NCBI GenBank assembly: GCA_902781465.1
Contig: CACZJK010000001.1
Location: 60,243-124,242, forward strand
Source: an uncultured Pseudomonadota bacterium
GTDB taxonomy: Bacteria; Pseudomonadota; Alphaproteobacteria; Rs-D84
DNA: 64,000 bases
Direction: 5' to 3'
Shown here: piece after piece, positions 49,897 to 60,182 of the stretch
Layout of the letters: every line of letters starts with the position of its first letter
How positions within the stretch are numbered: position 1 is the first letter of the stretch
Position numbers and translations under genes: made by a program
Notes under the pieces: model-generated
What the model was told of the DNA's origin: nothing
What the model saw: only the letters and a program-made list of their open reading frames with translations
The model's database searches: none

Positions 49897-50234
49897 TGGA
49901 ACAAAAACATAGCATTTTTTACAAGAACTATCCGTCGACGTATAAAGTAAATATATTCAGTGATAAATCTGATTTGCCGATTGCCAGTTTTTGCTGTGCC
50001 TATTGTAAAATGTGGTTAACATGTGATGCTGAATCTGATGTTATAAATCGTGGACACAAACGCGATGTATGCTATATTGCACACGAACTGGAACAAAAAA
50101 TATCACCATTTATATGTGGTGCATCACATGGGTTTTCTGACACCAGTTTTGTATTGTATATTAAAAATGACGAACAACGAAAAAGCATTGATAAAATTCG
50201 CAAACACTTTTTAAAAAAATACAAAATGCGTTAA
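49896..50234 (+). CDS. hypothetical Cys-rich protein
   Basis: 112-aa ORF with no recognised motifs, translationally coupled to metG. Confidence 0.3.
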   Translation: MEQKHSIFYKNYPSTYKVNIFSDKSDLPIASFCCAYCKMWLTCDAESDVINRGHKRDVCYIAHELEQKISPFICGASHGFSDTSFVLYIKNDEQRKSIDKIRKHFLKKYKMR

Positions 50235-50237
50235 AAA

Positions 50238-50774
50238 ATGTCAGATAATAAATTAATTTTAATGTCTTGTTGTGCGCCATGTTCGTGTGGTGCAATTAAA
50301 CAATTGGCCGATGGCAAAATTGAAGGCATAGACGATTTTATCGTTATGTTTTTTAACCCTAATATTTTCCCAGAAAGCGAATATCAAAAGCGTTTAGACG
50401 AACAAATAAAATACTGTGAAAAATTGGGTGTTAAATACGTTGTTGGCGATTACAATCACGATGATTGGCGTGAACATGTGCGTGGGCTTGAAACCGAACC
50501 AGAACGCGGCGCGCGTTGCAGCAAATGTTTTGCATATCGTTTTTGTTATGCACGCGAATATGCAAAAAAGCATGGGTTTAACGCGATTGCTTCTGTATTT
50601 GGCGTATCACGACACAAAGACCAATCCCAGGTTGACCGCTCAGGTGAACAATCATGTGGCGAAATAAAATATTTACCAATAAAATGGAACGAACAATTAA
50701 GACAACAAATAAATCACGAATCTGATTTTTATCGTCAAAATTATTGTGGCTGTGAATTTTCCATGCGTAAATAA
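50238..50774 (+). CDS. queH: epoxyqueuosine reductase QueH (DUF208)
   Basis: LMSCCAPCS, NPNIFPESEY, RCSKC and QNYCGCEFS motifs. Confidence 0.65.
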   Translation: MSDNKLILMSCCAPCSCGAIKQLADGKIEGIDDFIVMFFNPNIFPESEYQKRLDEQIKYCEKLGVKYVVGDYNHDDWREHVRGLETEPERGARCSKCFAYRFCYAREYAKKHGFNAIASVFGVSRHKDQSQVDRSGEQSCGEIKYLPIKWNEQLRQQINHESDFYRQNYCGCEFSMRK

Positions 50775-50835
50775 TAAAATTGCTTTTTGCTTTTAATTTT
50801 CTATAATTTTATTGAAATACAACAAAAGGACAAAT

Positions 50836-51720
50836 ATGTCATCTATATATGTTTTTCCGGGTCAGGGCGCACAAGCCGTTGGTATGGGTTTTGAACTTTA
50901 TCAAAACAATACTGATGCACGTGCTGTGTTTGATGAAATGGATGCGGTACTGGGCGAAAAATTATCAGATATTATTTTCAATGGCCCAATTGAAACATTG
51001 ACTTTGACTGCAAATGTTCAACCTGCTATTTTGGCAACAAGTATTGCGATGTATCGTGCCGGAAATTATCCAAAGCCAGATTATGTTGCTGGACACAGTT
51101 TGGGTGAATATACTGCATTATGCGCTGCGGGTGCTATATCTTTGGCTGACGCAATAAAATTGGTAAGATTGCGTGGTGAATCCATGCAAAACGCAGTTCC
51201 TGCGGGTCAGGGTGCAATGGCTGTAATTTTGGGTTTGGAATTTGATGAATTGAAAAAAGTTTGTGAAAAGGCGGAAAACGAAACCGGTGGAGTATGCGAT
51301 ATTGCAAATGATAATTGTCCGGGACAAATTGTTATATCTGGGGCAAATAATGCAATCGAACGTGCTATGGAACTGGCAAAAGAAAATGGTGCAAAGCGCG
51401 CAATGAAATTGGCTTTATCTGTTCCACCACATTCCCGTTTGATGGAACCTGTGGTTGCAGTTATGAAACACGCATTGGACGAAATTGAAATAAAAACACC
51501 TATTGTTCCGATTATTTCAAATAAAACTTGTCAACCTATGACTGATGTAAATGAAATCAAAGACGCGCTGCTTTACCAAATAACACATGGTGTTCGTTGG
51601 CGTGAAAGTGTTCTGGAAATGGTAAATCTGGGGATTGATGATTTAACAGAAATCGGCCCAGGCGAAGCCTTGATTGGTATGACAAAACGTACAACAGATA
51701 AAATTAACGCACACAAATAA
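50836..51720 (+). CDS. fabD: malonyl CoA-ACP transacylase
   Basis: GQGAQ and the GHSLGEY active site. ATG at 50836 follows AAAGGA. Confidence 0.85.
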   Translation: MSSIYVFPGQGAQAVGMGFELYQNNTDARAVFDEMDAVLGEKLSDIIFNGPIETLTLTANVQPAILATSIAMYRAGNYPKPDYVAGHSLGEYTALCAAGAISLADAIKLVRLRGESMQNAVPAGQGAMAVILGLEFDELKKVCEKAENETGGVCDIANDNCPGQIVISGANNAIERAMELAKENGAKRAMKLALSVPPHSRLMEPVVAVMKHALDEIEIKTPIVPIISNKTCQPMTDVNEIKDALLYQITHGVRWRESVLEMVNLGIDDLTEIGPGEALIGMTKRTTDKINAHK

Positions 51721-51730
51721 GGGATAAAAT

Positions 51731-52456
51731 ATGTTTGAATTAAAAAATAAAGTTGTTTTAATTACTGGCGCAACCGGTGGTATTGGTGGTGCAATTGCAC
51801 AACAAATGAAAAATGCAGGCGCAACCGTTGTTATCACAGGACGCAACCTGGAAAAATTATCATCTTTTGATGATTCGTTTATAAAAATTCAATCTGATTT
51901 ATCTGTTGAAGGTGCAGCTGAAAAATTGATAGCCGACACTATTGAAAAAGCAGGCCGCATTGATGTTTTAATTAACAATGCCGGAATTACAGCAGATACA
52001 TTGATGATGCGTATGAGTGACGAACAATTCGATAATGTTTTGAACACTAACTTACGCGCAGCCTTCAAAATGTGTCGCGCGGTTATTATGCCTATGATGA
52101 AACAGCGTTTTGGTCGTATTATAAATATGGCTTCTATCGTTGGTGTTGTCGGTGGCGCGGGTCAAACAAACTATGCCGCATCCAAGGGCGGAATTATCGC
52201 GATGACAAAATCTATCGCCGCCGAAGTTGGCGCACGCGGAATCACAGCAAATGCTATTGCACCTGGATTTATCAAAACACCAATGACAGATGTATTGCCT
52301 GATGAATTAAAAGCAAAATATTTGGAACAAATACCGGCCGGTCGTTTTGGCGAACCAATCGATATTGCAAACGCTTGTGTATTCTTGGCATCTGATGAAG
52401 CATCTTATATCAACGGACAAACAATTCATGTAAACGGCGGAATGGGGCGTTTTTAA
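51731..52456 (+). CDS. fabG: 3-oxoacyl-ACP reductase
   Basis: SDR TGATGGIG motif and the YAASKGG catalytic motif. Confidence 0.85.
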   Translation: MFELKNKVVLITGATGGIGGAIAQQMKNAGATVVITGRNLEKLSSFDDSFIKIQSDLSVEGAAEKLIADTIEKAGRIDVLINNAGITADTLMMRMSDEQFDNVLNTNLRAAFKMCRAVIMPMMKQRFGRIINMASIVGVVGGAGQTNYAASKGGIIAMTKSIAAEVGARGITANAIAPGFIKTPMTDVLPDELKAKYLEQIPAGRFGEPIDIANACVFLASDEASYINGQTIHVNGGMGRF

Positions 52457-52457
52457 A

Positions 52458-53012
52458 ATGAAAGCACAAGAATTTACAGAATTACAGACAGAACGTCTTG
52501 ATTTAAGACCATTGTCTGCAACATTTGATTTTGCAAATTATCTGTTTGATATAATTTCGCATAATCGTGATTTTTTCAGATTTATGCCATGGGCGAACAT
52601 AGATAAGCCAGAATCAGAATTTGAATTTTTGCAAAACGCCGTCAAAGACTGGGAAAAACAAGAAAAAGCAACTTATGGTATGTTTTTAAGAACCGACAAC
52701 AGTTTTGTAGGCGTATGTACTATGTTTAACCTGAATTACAATAATGAAAGTGGTGAAATTGGTTATTGGTTAAACCCAAAATATGCAAAGCATGGATTTA
52801 TGAATGAAGCAGTCCAAGCCATTTCAACTGAATTTTTTAACAAAGGTTTAAAACGCATAGTAATATTAGCAAATACAGAAAACGTGGCGTCATGCAAAGT
52901 TGCAAAAAAATGTGGGTTTGAACAAGAAGGTGTTTTACACAGTTATGATTTTCTTCCAACACTCAGTAAACGCGAAGATGTTATTTTATATGCAAAAATA
53001 AATAAAGATTAA
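52458..53012 (+). CDS. GNAT-family N-acetyltransferase (RimJ/RimL-like)
   Basis: TERLDLRPL N-terminus and a GNAT core (GEIGYWLNPKYAKHGFMNEA). It occupies the position where acpP would normally sit. Confidence 0.5.
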   Translation: MKAQEFTELQTERLDLRPLSATFDFANYLFDIISHNRDFFRFMPWANIDKPESEFEFLQNAVKDWEKQEKATYGMFLRTDNSFVGVCTMFNLNYNNESGEIGYWLNPKYAKHGFMNEAVQAISTEFFNKGLKRIVILANTENVASCKVAKKCGFEQEGVLHSYDFLPTLSKREDVILYAKINKD

Positions 53013-53015
53013 ATT

Positions 53016-54668
53016 ATGCAAAATTATGATGTGATTGTTATTGGTGGTGGACACGCAGGAACCGAAGCAGCGGCTGCATCTGCACGTCGTGGTGCAAAAA
53101 CCTTGTTATTAACTATGCGGGAAAGTGATATTGGCGCAATGTCTTGTAACCCATCAATTGGTGGTCCTGGTAAATCACAAATGGTTGCAGAAATGGCTGC
53201 GTTTGGTGGTGTTATGCCAAATGCCGCAGACAGTGCTGGTATTCATTGGCGCACATTAAACGCTTCACATGGTGCTGCAACCCAGGCACTGCGCGCACAA
53301 ATCGATCGTAATTTTTATCATGATGCTGTTATGAAAATTTTAAAGAACACCAAAAATCTTGATGTGATTTTTGAATCTGTTTTTGATTTAGATTTGCAAA
53401 ATAAAACTGTAAATCAAAAATATTCTGCCAAAGCGATAGTTTTAACAACCGGAACTTTTCTTGGTGGATTGGTCACACGCGGAAATGAAAAAATTGCATC
53501 TGGTCGTTTGATGGATAATGGCGAATACCAAGAAAACGATTCACATATATCGTCTGTTTTGAAAAAAGCGGGCTTTGAATTATTAAGATTAAAAACTGGA
53601 ACCCCGGCGCGAATTTATCGCGACAGTATAGATTTTTCGGTATGCGAAGAACAACCTGGTGATGTTCCACATGATTGGTTTGGTATTGGTGATGAAAACA
53701 ATACAATAAATGATAAATGTTTTATCACACATACAAACGAAGAAACGCATCAAATTATTCGTGATAATATTAAAAACGCACCAATGTATAATGGCGATAT
53801 TCGCGGACTTGGGCCACGTTATTGCCCGTCATTGGAAGATAAAGTAATGCGTTTCCCAGAACACAAAACACATCATGTATTCTTGGAACCAGAAGGTTAT
53901 AACAGTGATTTAATATACCCAAATGGAATTTCAACTTCATTTGGCAGTGATATCCAAGACAAATGGATACGCACTATCCCAGGCCTGGAAAACGCACGCA
54001 TCGCAAGATACGGATACGCAATTGAATATGATGCAATTGATGCGCGCGCATTAAAAAATACTTTGGAATCAAAAGATATAAACGGACTCTTTTTCGCAGG
54101 TCAAATCAATGGAACCAGTGGCTATGAAGAGGCCGCCGCCCAGGGTTTAATTGCGGGCGCAAATGCCGCCGCGGTTGCATTAGATAAAGAACCATTGGTT
54201 ATCGATCGAACAAATTCTATGATTGGCGTTTTGATTGACGATATAACAACACTCGGGGTGGACGAACCATATCGTATGTTCACTTCACGCGCAGAATACA
54301 GATTAAATTTACGTGCAGATAATGCGATATTACGCCTTGGTGATATGTCTGAAAAATTGGGTTTAATATCACACGAATTACATAACCAGATTTTAAATCT
54401 GCGTCGAAATACAGCCGCCGAAAACGACAATTTTTATGCAGGCTATATACAAAGAAACGAACGCGAAATTGCAAACTATAAAAAAGATGCCGGGTTAAAA
54501 ATACCGACAAATTTTGATTATAACGATATGCCAGGTTTAACAAATGAATTGGTTGAAAAACTGACCAAAACGCGTCCTGAAAATATCGCGGCACTATCAA
54601 GAATTCCAGGTATGACACCGGCCGGAATAATGGTTGTTATGCGAAAAATTAAATCTGGAAATAAATAA
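53016..54668 (+). CDS. mnmG: tRNA uridine-5-carboxymethylaminomethyl modification enzyme MnmG (GidA), shortened at 550 aa
   Basis: FAD motif [28 protein letters not shown] and the C-terminal [13 protein letters not shown]. Confidence 0.8.
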   Translation: MQNYDVIVIGGGHAGTEAAAASARRGAKTLLLTMRESDIGAMSCNPSIGGPGKSQMVAEMAAFGGVMPNAADSAGIHWRTLNASHGAATQALRAQIDRNFYHDAVMKILKNTKNLDVIFESVFDLDLQNKTVNQKYSAKAIVLTTGTFLGGLVTRGNEKIASGRLMDNGEYQENDSHISSVLKKAGFELLRLKTGTPARIYRDSIDFSVCEEQPGDVPHDWFGIGDENNTINDKCFITHTNEETHQIIRDNIKNAPMYNGDIRGLGPRYCPSLEDKVMRFPEHKTHHVFLEPEGYNSDLIYPNGISTSFGSDIQDKWIRTIPGLENARIARYGYAIEYDAIDARALKNTLESKDINGLFFAGQINGTSGYEEAAAQGLIAGANAAAVALDKEPLVIDRTNSMIGVLIDDITTLGVDEPYRMFTSRAEYRLNLRADNAILRLGDMSEKLGLISHELHNQILNLRRNTAAENDNFYAGYIQRNEREIANYKKDAGLKIPTNFDYNDMPGLTNELVEKLTKTRPENIAALSRIPGMTPAGIMVVMRKIKSGNK

Positions 54669-54693
54669 AAATATATACTAAGATTTGCCTATC

Positions 54694-54769
54694 GCCGGAA
54701 TAGCTCAGTTGGTAGAGCATCTCATTCGTAATGAGGGGGTCGCAGGTTCGAATCCTGTTTCCGGCACCA
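54694..54769 (+). tRNA. tRNA-Thr (anticodon CGT)
   Basis: Acceptor GCCGGAA/TTCCGGC, anticodon loop TTCGTAA, T-loop GGTTCGAATCC and an encoded CCA. Confidence 0.85.
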
Positions 54770-54913
54770 CGAAAAATTGTTAACCCGCACAATAAAAGTG
54801 CGGGTTTAAAATTTTTCAGTGTCGCCATGTAATGAACATAGTGAATACAAGCAGACTTTTTTATTTTAATAACTTTTCCCTTTTTTTCATAAACAATCTC
54901 TGATAAAATATTT

Positions 54914-55092
54914 TTGTCAGAAAGAATTTTTCTGATGAGGCGTAAGAACCTGTTAATGTATTGTGTCCGCGGGGACAAAAAACACCTCCAATCGTCTTTT
55001 GGTTGGAGGGTTGCGATATATATGAATAAGCACGCTATTTTCAATACATTATAGTTCTTAACCTCCAACCGCCTTTTATATCGGCGGTTTTT
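54914..55092 (+). ncRNA. R1 structured leader RNA, copy 4 (upstream of family A gene)
   Basis: -10 GATAAAAT. Hairpin UCAGAAA-GAAU-UUUCUGA is compensatory relative to the other copies. Long-range helix is GUAAGAAC/GUUCUUAA. Hairpin 2 is GUCC-gcgg-GGAC (also compensatory), then CCUCCAA..GGUUGGAGGG, CCUCCAACCGCC and terminator CCGCCUUUUAUAUCGGCGG plus U5. Confidence 0.7.
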
Positions 55093-55108
55093 AAAAACGG
55101 AGGAAAAG

Positions 55109-55462
55109 ATGAAAAAAATATTTTTAATAATTTCTTTATTGGCAACCATACCAACATACGCAACAACAATGTGCGCCCAAAATGATACAGTTGTAGTGGT
55201 ATTAGATCCGACAATATCCGGAGACCGCGGTTATAACTCAAGCAATGGTAATTGGAGTTTTATAACAAAATCATATGCAATATATGGCGAAACTAAAATA
55301 GAAAACAGCAAATGTTTTTACAGAATAACCCACCCATTTATAATTCCATGGAGATTCCATACAAATACAACTAGCGTAGGCGGGTGTGCCGACAGTGTAG
55401 CTGTTGCATTTGGCAATGGGATAGAATTAAGGAGGTCGATTTTTTCATCAATCACTGATTAA
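55109..55462 (+). CDS. family A small secreted Cys-rich protein (diverged, 117 aa)
   Basis: MKKIFLIISLLATIPTYATTMCAQNDTVVVVLDP is shared with the 30237 and 36822 ORFs. SD GGAGG present. Confidence 0.55.
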   Translation: MKKIFLIISLLATIPTYATTMCAQNDTVVVVLDPTISGDRGYNSSNGNWSFITKSYAIYGETKIENSKCFYRITHPFIIPWRFHTNTTSVGGCADSVAVAFGNGIELRRSIFSSITD

Positions 55463-56130
55463 CGCCTATCCACCGAATTACACCATTTGGCGACTGGGCA
55501 ATGTTCGCAATCTGGGCGCAAGGCTTTACAAGTGTATCTGCCATGTAAAACCATCACATGATTTACAATTGGATGATATTTTTGCGGAATTATTTGTAAC
55601 AGTTTTTCTTCAACTTTTTCAGGTGTGTTTTCGGCATCTCCCACCCAACCATATCTGTGTGCATTACGAAACACATGTGTATCAACGCCTATATTTGGTG
55701 CATTCCACAAAACATTCATAACAACATTGGCTGTCTTTTGACCGATGCCGCCCAATTTCATAAGTTCATTTCTGTTATGATATTTTTCTGGGAATTTATA
55801 GTGTAAATCATCACTGTTTTCATCATGCAATTGTGATGCCAATTTTATAATACTGGTTGCCTTGTTATTAAAAAAAGAAATAACGTGAATATATTTTTTA
55901 AGTCCGTCCAGGCCCAGTTTCAACATCTTGTCCGGGGTTGGCGCAACACGAAATAATTCTGGTGTCACTTCGTTGACTTTTTTATCGGTTGCCTGGGCAG
56001 ATAAAATAACAGCCACCGCAAAAGTAAATTCATTTGTTGAATATAATTCAGACCGGATATTCATATTCAATGTCCGTGGAACATTTTCAAAATAAATATC
56101 CGGTGTAAGAGTTATGTTCGATTTAACCAT
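55459..56130 (-). CDS. nth: endonuclease III (HhH-GPD glycosylase with 4Fe-4S loop)
   Basis: VAVILSAQATDKKVN, HhH GIGQKTANVV and Cys cluster CKALRPDCEHCPVAKWC. Confidence 0.7.
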   Translation of the reverse strand: MVKSNITLTPDIYFENVPRTLNMNIRSELYSTNEFTFAVAVILSAQATDKKVNEVTPELFRVAPTPDKMLKLGLDGLKKYIHVISFFNNKATSIIKLASQLHDENSDDLHYKFPEKYHNRNELMKLGGIGQKTANVVMNVLWNAPNIGVDTHVFRNAHRYGWVGDAENTPEKVEEKLLQIIPQKYHPIVNHVMVLHGRYTCKALRPDCEHCPVAKWCNSVDRR

Positions 56131-59100
56131 TTACTTTTTCGATATTGATTGCGAAATTGTAATCTTCGATTTGCTTTTCAAATTGATTCGCATCGCCCAT
56201 TTCCATTTCAACAATCAAGGCATCATGCATAATGCGTTTTTTGTGCGCTTCGATTGCGTTTGCTAATGCAACATCGGCAGTATATGTCAATCTAATTCTG
56301 TCCGAAACGTCCAGGTTTGCGGCCTTGCGCGAATCTTGGATAAAGCGAAGAACTTCATTTACCAAACCTTCTGCTATCAATTCGGCGTTCAATTCTGTAT
56401 TCAAAACCACAACCGCAGTATTATCTGACAAGGCTGCACCCGAAACACCATCTTTTACGGTTAAACGGTTTTCGAATTCATCGCTGTTCAAAGTATATTC
56501 GCCAACAATCAATTTATCGCCATCAATTGTGTATTCACCACGTTTAACAGATGGTATAATATCTTTCAATGCACCACCAAGGCGTGCACCAATTTTTGGT
56601 GTAATCAAATATACAAAACTGTCCGCGACACTGTGAATATCATCTATGAATTTTACTTCTTTTACATTTAATTCATCCGCGATGATATCCGCGTATTCAG
56701 GCATTTCTATACCAGCGATGGTGGCGTCGGCCAGTGGCAAACGATTACGCAATTTATATTGTTCACGTAATTGTTTTCCGGTTGATACAATCATTTGAAC
56801 ACGACGCATATCGTTCAAGATTGCTTCGTCTGTTTTGCCAGCAACCGGCCAATCTTGTAAATGTACAGATTCTGCACCAGTTAAATTCTTGAATATATAT
56901 TCAGATATAAATGGTGCAAAAGGTGCCAAACATTTTGTAAATGTTTTCAAAACATAATGTAATGTTTCAAACGCAGACACATCTTCGTCCCAGAATCTGT
57001 CGCGATTACGACGGATATACCAGTTGTTTAATATATCAAGGAATCGAACGAATTCTTTGACCGCAATATCTGGCTTATATTCGTCCAGTGCACCCGTTGT
57101 CGTTTTTATCAATTCGTTCAATTCAGCCAAGATATAATTATCCAATAAATTGTCTGAATCTGGATCTTTTTCAACAGTGATATTTCCCGCATTCGCATAC
57201 AGTGTAAAGAAATGATATGCGTTCCAAAGTGGTGTCAAAATTGTTTTAATTGAATCATTAAATACAGTTCCTTCTTTATCAACACCAACACCTTCGGCCT
57301 TCATAAAGTTGCTGCCCTGGATAAACAAACGTATTGCATCTGAGCCATATGTTTCCAATTGTTCACTTGGGTCAACATAGTTATGTAAAGATTTTGAAAA
57401 CTTGCGTTTTTGTTCGTCCAAAATCATACCGTTTGCAGACACTGTTTTGAACGCAGGTTTATCAAACAACGCAACCGCCATAATCATCAAAGAATAAAAC
57501 CAACCACGTGTTTGATCTTGACCTTCGATAATATAATCAGCCGGGAAATTTGCTTCGAATTTTTCAACATTTTCAAATGGATAATGCAATTGTGCAAATG
57601 GCATAGATCCACTTTCAAACCAACAATCCAAAACGTCACTTATACGATGCCAACCATCTTTGGTCAAAGCATCCAATGTAGGACGATGTAAATCTTTTAT
57701 TTCTACACCAAAGAAATCTTCCATTTCTTTTATGGAACCAAAGATTTTATATTCGCCGTCCCGTTCCCAAATTGGTAATGGAACGCCCCAGAATCTGTTT
57801 CTGGAAATTCCCCATGGACGGGCATTTTCAATCCATGCCATAAAGCGATTACCTGCCGATGTCCAATTTGTTTCATTTTTAGTTATTTCAACCAAACGTT
57901 CACGAATCTTTGGCACATCAACATACCATGCATCTGTTGCACGATAAATCAGTTTTTCATGACTGCGTGGACCATATGGATAACTGTGTTTATGTTGATC
58001 TTTTTTGACCAAAACGCCGTTCGTTTTTAACCAATCGATAATCTTTGGATTGGCCGCAAAAATATTTTGACCCGCCCAATCTTTAACCGTCGAATCAAAA
58101 TTACCATAATCATCAACATTTAAAATAACCGGGAATTTAGCATCTAATGCCTTGGCCGCCAAATAGTCATCTTCGCCATATGCTGGCGCGATATGAACGA
58201 TACCGGTACCATCGCCATCACTTACATAATCAGCCGCAATTATTTGATGCAATAATGGGTCGCTGTTTTCATAATAATTAAATATTGGTTTATAATGCAG
58301 ACCGACCAAATCTTTACCCAATACAGTTCCAAGATTTTCAGAATCTGCGAAAACCTTTTCGTATGCTTTCAAACGCGATGCAGCCAAAACATAGACTTTA
58401 CCATCGTTATGTTTCATACGAACATATTCCATATTTGGGTTTACAGCCAGCGCAGAATTCGCAGGCAGTGTCCAAGGTGTTGTTGTCCACGCAATAGCCC
58501 GATCACCATTTTCCAATTCAAACCATACCGTCACAGTATCATCAACAACATCTTGGTATTCACTGGACGCTTCACTGTTAGACAAAACAGTTCCTAATTT
58601 CCAGTCAAAAGGATTGACCTTGAAATCTTTATAAAGCAAGCCTTTTTCATATAATTTTTTCAGGGCCCAAATCACAGATTCCATATAATTTTTATCCATG
58701 GTGCGATAACCAAAACCTTCGCCACCATCAACCCAACGACCTATACGCGCGATAAAACGCAACCATTCTGTCGTATATCGCGTCACATCCGCACGGCACA
58801 TATCACAAAAGGCGGCAATACCATCGGTTGCAACAATATCTTTGGCAGTACGATTTTGTGCTTTTTCAACACTGTTTTCAGCCGGCAATCCGTGACAATC
58901 CCAACCCAGTTCACGAACAACGTGACGTCCCTTCATTGTTTGATAGCGCGAAACCATATCTTTAATGGCAGATACACCCAAATGTCCCCAATGTGGCAAA
59001 CCATTTCCAAAAGGTGGACCATCGTAAAAATTAAAAGGTTCGCCCATTTTGGTTTTATTCAAAGATTTATGAAATGTATCATCTTCGCGCCAAAATTGCA

Positions 59101-59158
59101 GCACATCGTGTTCAATTTCTGAAAAGTTAGCCTTTGGTTCGGTCTTTTTATATGCCAT
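56123..59158 (-). CDS. ileS: isoleucine--tRNA ligase, type 2 (eukaryote-like)
   Basis: HIGH-region PPFGNGLPHWGH, KMSKS motif KFSKS, and 1011 aa in length. Confidence 0.9.
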   Translation of the reverse strand: MAYKKTEPKANFSEIEHDVLQFWREDDTFHKSLNKTKMGEPFNFYDGPPFGNGLPHWGHLGVSAIKDMVSRYQTMKGRHVVRELGWDCHGLPAENSVEKAQNRTAKDIVATDGIAAFCDMCRADVTRYTTEWLRFIARIGRWVDGGEGFGYRTMDKNYMESVIWALKKLYEKGLLYKDFKVNPFDWKLGTVLSNSEASSEYQDVVDDTVTVWFELENGDRAIAWTTTPWTLPANSALAVNPNMEYVRMKHNDGKVYVLAASRLKAYEKVFADSENLGTVLGKDLVGLHYKPIFNYYENSDPLLHQIIAADYVSDGDGTGIVHIAPAYGEDDYLAAKALDAKFPVILNVDDYGNFDSTVKDWAGQNIFAANPKIIDWLKTNGVLVKKDQHKHSYPYGPRSHEKLIYRATDAWYVDVPKIRERLVEITKNETNWTSAGNRFMAWIENARPWGISRNRFWGVPLPIWERDGEYKIFGSIKEMEDFFGVEIKDLHRPTLDALTKDGWHRISDVLDCWFESGSMPFAQLHYPFENVEKFEANFPADYIIEGQDQTRGWFYSLMIMAVALFDKPAFKTVSANGMILDEQKRKFSKSLHNYVDPSEQLETYGSDAIRLFIQGSNFMKAEGVGVDKEGTVFNDSIKTILTPLWNAYHFFTLYANAGNITVEKDPDSDNLLDNYILAELNELIKTTTGALDEYKPDIAVKEFVRFLDILNNWYIRRNRDRFWDEDVSAFETLHYVLKTFTKCLAPFAPFISEYIFKNLTGAESVHLQDWPVAGKTDEAILNDMRRVQMIVSTGKQLREQYKLRNRLPLADATIAGIEMPEYADIIADELNVKEVKFIDDIHSVADSFVYLITPKIGARLGGALKDIIPSVKRGEYTIDGDKLIVGEYTLNSDEFENRLTVKDGVSGAALSDNTAVVVLNTELNAELIAEGLVNEVLRFIQDSRKAANLDVSDRIRLTYTADVALANAIEAHKKRIMHDALIVEMEMGDANQFEKQIEDYNFAINIEKVNG

Positions 59159-59319
59159 CTTTTTGCCCTTTATTATATTAAAAACGGCGCCTTACGCGCC
59201 CCAGCCACCGCCAAAGCGCAGTGCCAGTTATTTAATAATAATTATTGTGTTTGTTTTCATGCTTTTATTTATACAATGAATATCTCTAAAAAGCAAGTTT
59301 TTGATTTCGTTATTTTTGT

Positions 59320-59359
59320 TTGACAAAATACTTGACTTGTCAATCATTTTACTTATAAT
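59320..59359 (+). promoter_or_regulatory. promoter with overlapping palindromic operator TTGACAA-N10-TTGTCAA
   Basis: -35 TTGACT at 59332-59337, a 16-nt spacer and -10 TATAAT at 59354-59359. The inverted repeat TTGACAA (59320-26) / TTGTCAA (59337-43) straddles the -35. Confidence 0.5.
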
Positions 59360-59390
59360 ATAACCGTAATAATTCAAAACAGAGAAAAAA

Positions 59391-59732
59391 ATGGAATACC
59401 AAACAAATAAATATCGTGGTGAAATCATAGATTGTATTTTGGCAAACAGGATATCTACAACGCCAGTCCAATCGACAACTGATTTTATGTACATTGTTGG
59501 AAATGGTGATGTTTTTATAACAATTCAATGTGATAAATACGGAAATGAAAAATCAGCATTTTGTATAAAACACGTAAAACATCGTACAACAGGCGCAACA
59601 CTTGAAACAAACTATATCAAATTCGAAAATCACGAAGACGCCAAATTTGTTAACGCTGCATGTAAACAACGAATCATCGGCCAATCAAAAGAACAGGCTA
59701 AAATAGAAAGATTTAACCAAAGATTCAAATAA
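59391..59732 (+). CDS. hypothetical protein (gene 1 of a two-gene module)
   Basis: 113-aa ORF, translationally coupled (TAAAATG) to the next ORF. Confidence 0.4.
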   Translation: MEYQTNKYRGEIIDCILANRISTTPVQSTTDFMYIVGNGDVFITIQCDKYGNEKSAFCIKHVKHRTTGATLETNYIKFENHEDAKFVNAACKQRIIGQSKEQAKIERFNQRFK

Positions 59733-59733
59733 A

Positions 59734-60156
59734 ATGTTAGAAAACAAACACAAACACTTTACAACTCGTGATAAAATCAAAGAACGCGTTTTATATCTCG
59801 CTTCATCTCCGTATACAGGTTGTTCTGTTTTCGAAAGCAAAGATGCTGAACAATTGAAAAAGCAAAACGGATTTGAAAATTTGACTGTTATTGTATGTAA
59901 ATATCAAACAGACAGTTTTCTCTTGGAATACACAAAATGGTTTATGCAAGGATTTGAACTTGCGCAAAAGATGGGCTTACCAGGGTGCGAACACCACAAT
60001 ACATTGATTCAAGGCACTGGTGTTAAAGTCCAAACAATTGATTTTGGTTCTTTTAATTTTTATGGTAAAGATGCCTATGAAATAATGAACGCATACGAAG
60101 AAAGTCGCGATATACAATCATATATCATAAACAATCATCAAATAAAACAAATATAA
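59734..60156 (+). CDS. hypothetical protein (gene 2 of a two-gene module)
   Basis: 140-aa ORF followed by a bidirectional terminator AUACCGGCAUUUGCCGGUAU at 60161-60186. Confidence 0.4.
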   Translation: MLENKHKHFTTRDKIKERVLYLASSPYTGCSVFESKDAEQLKKQNGFENLTVIVCKYQTDSFLLEYTKWFMQGFELAQKMGLPGCEHHNTLIQGTGVKVQTIDFGSFNFYGKDAYEIMNAYEESRDIQSYIINNHQIKQI

Positions 60157-60182
60157 AAAAATACCGGCATTTGCCGGTATTT

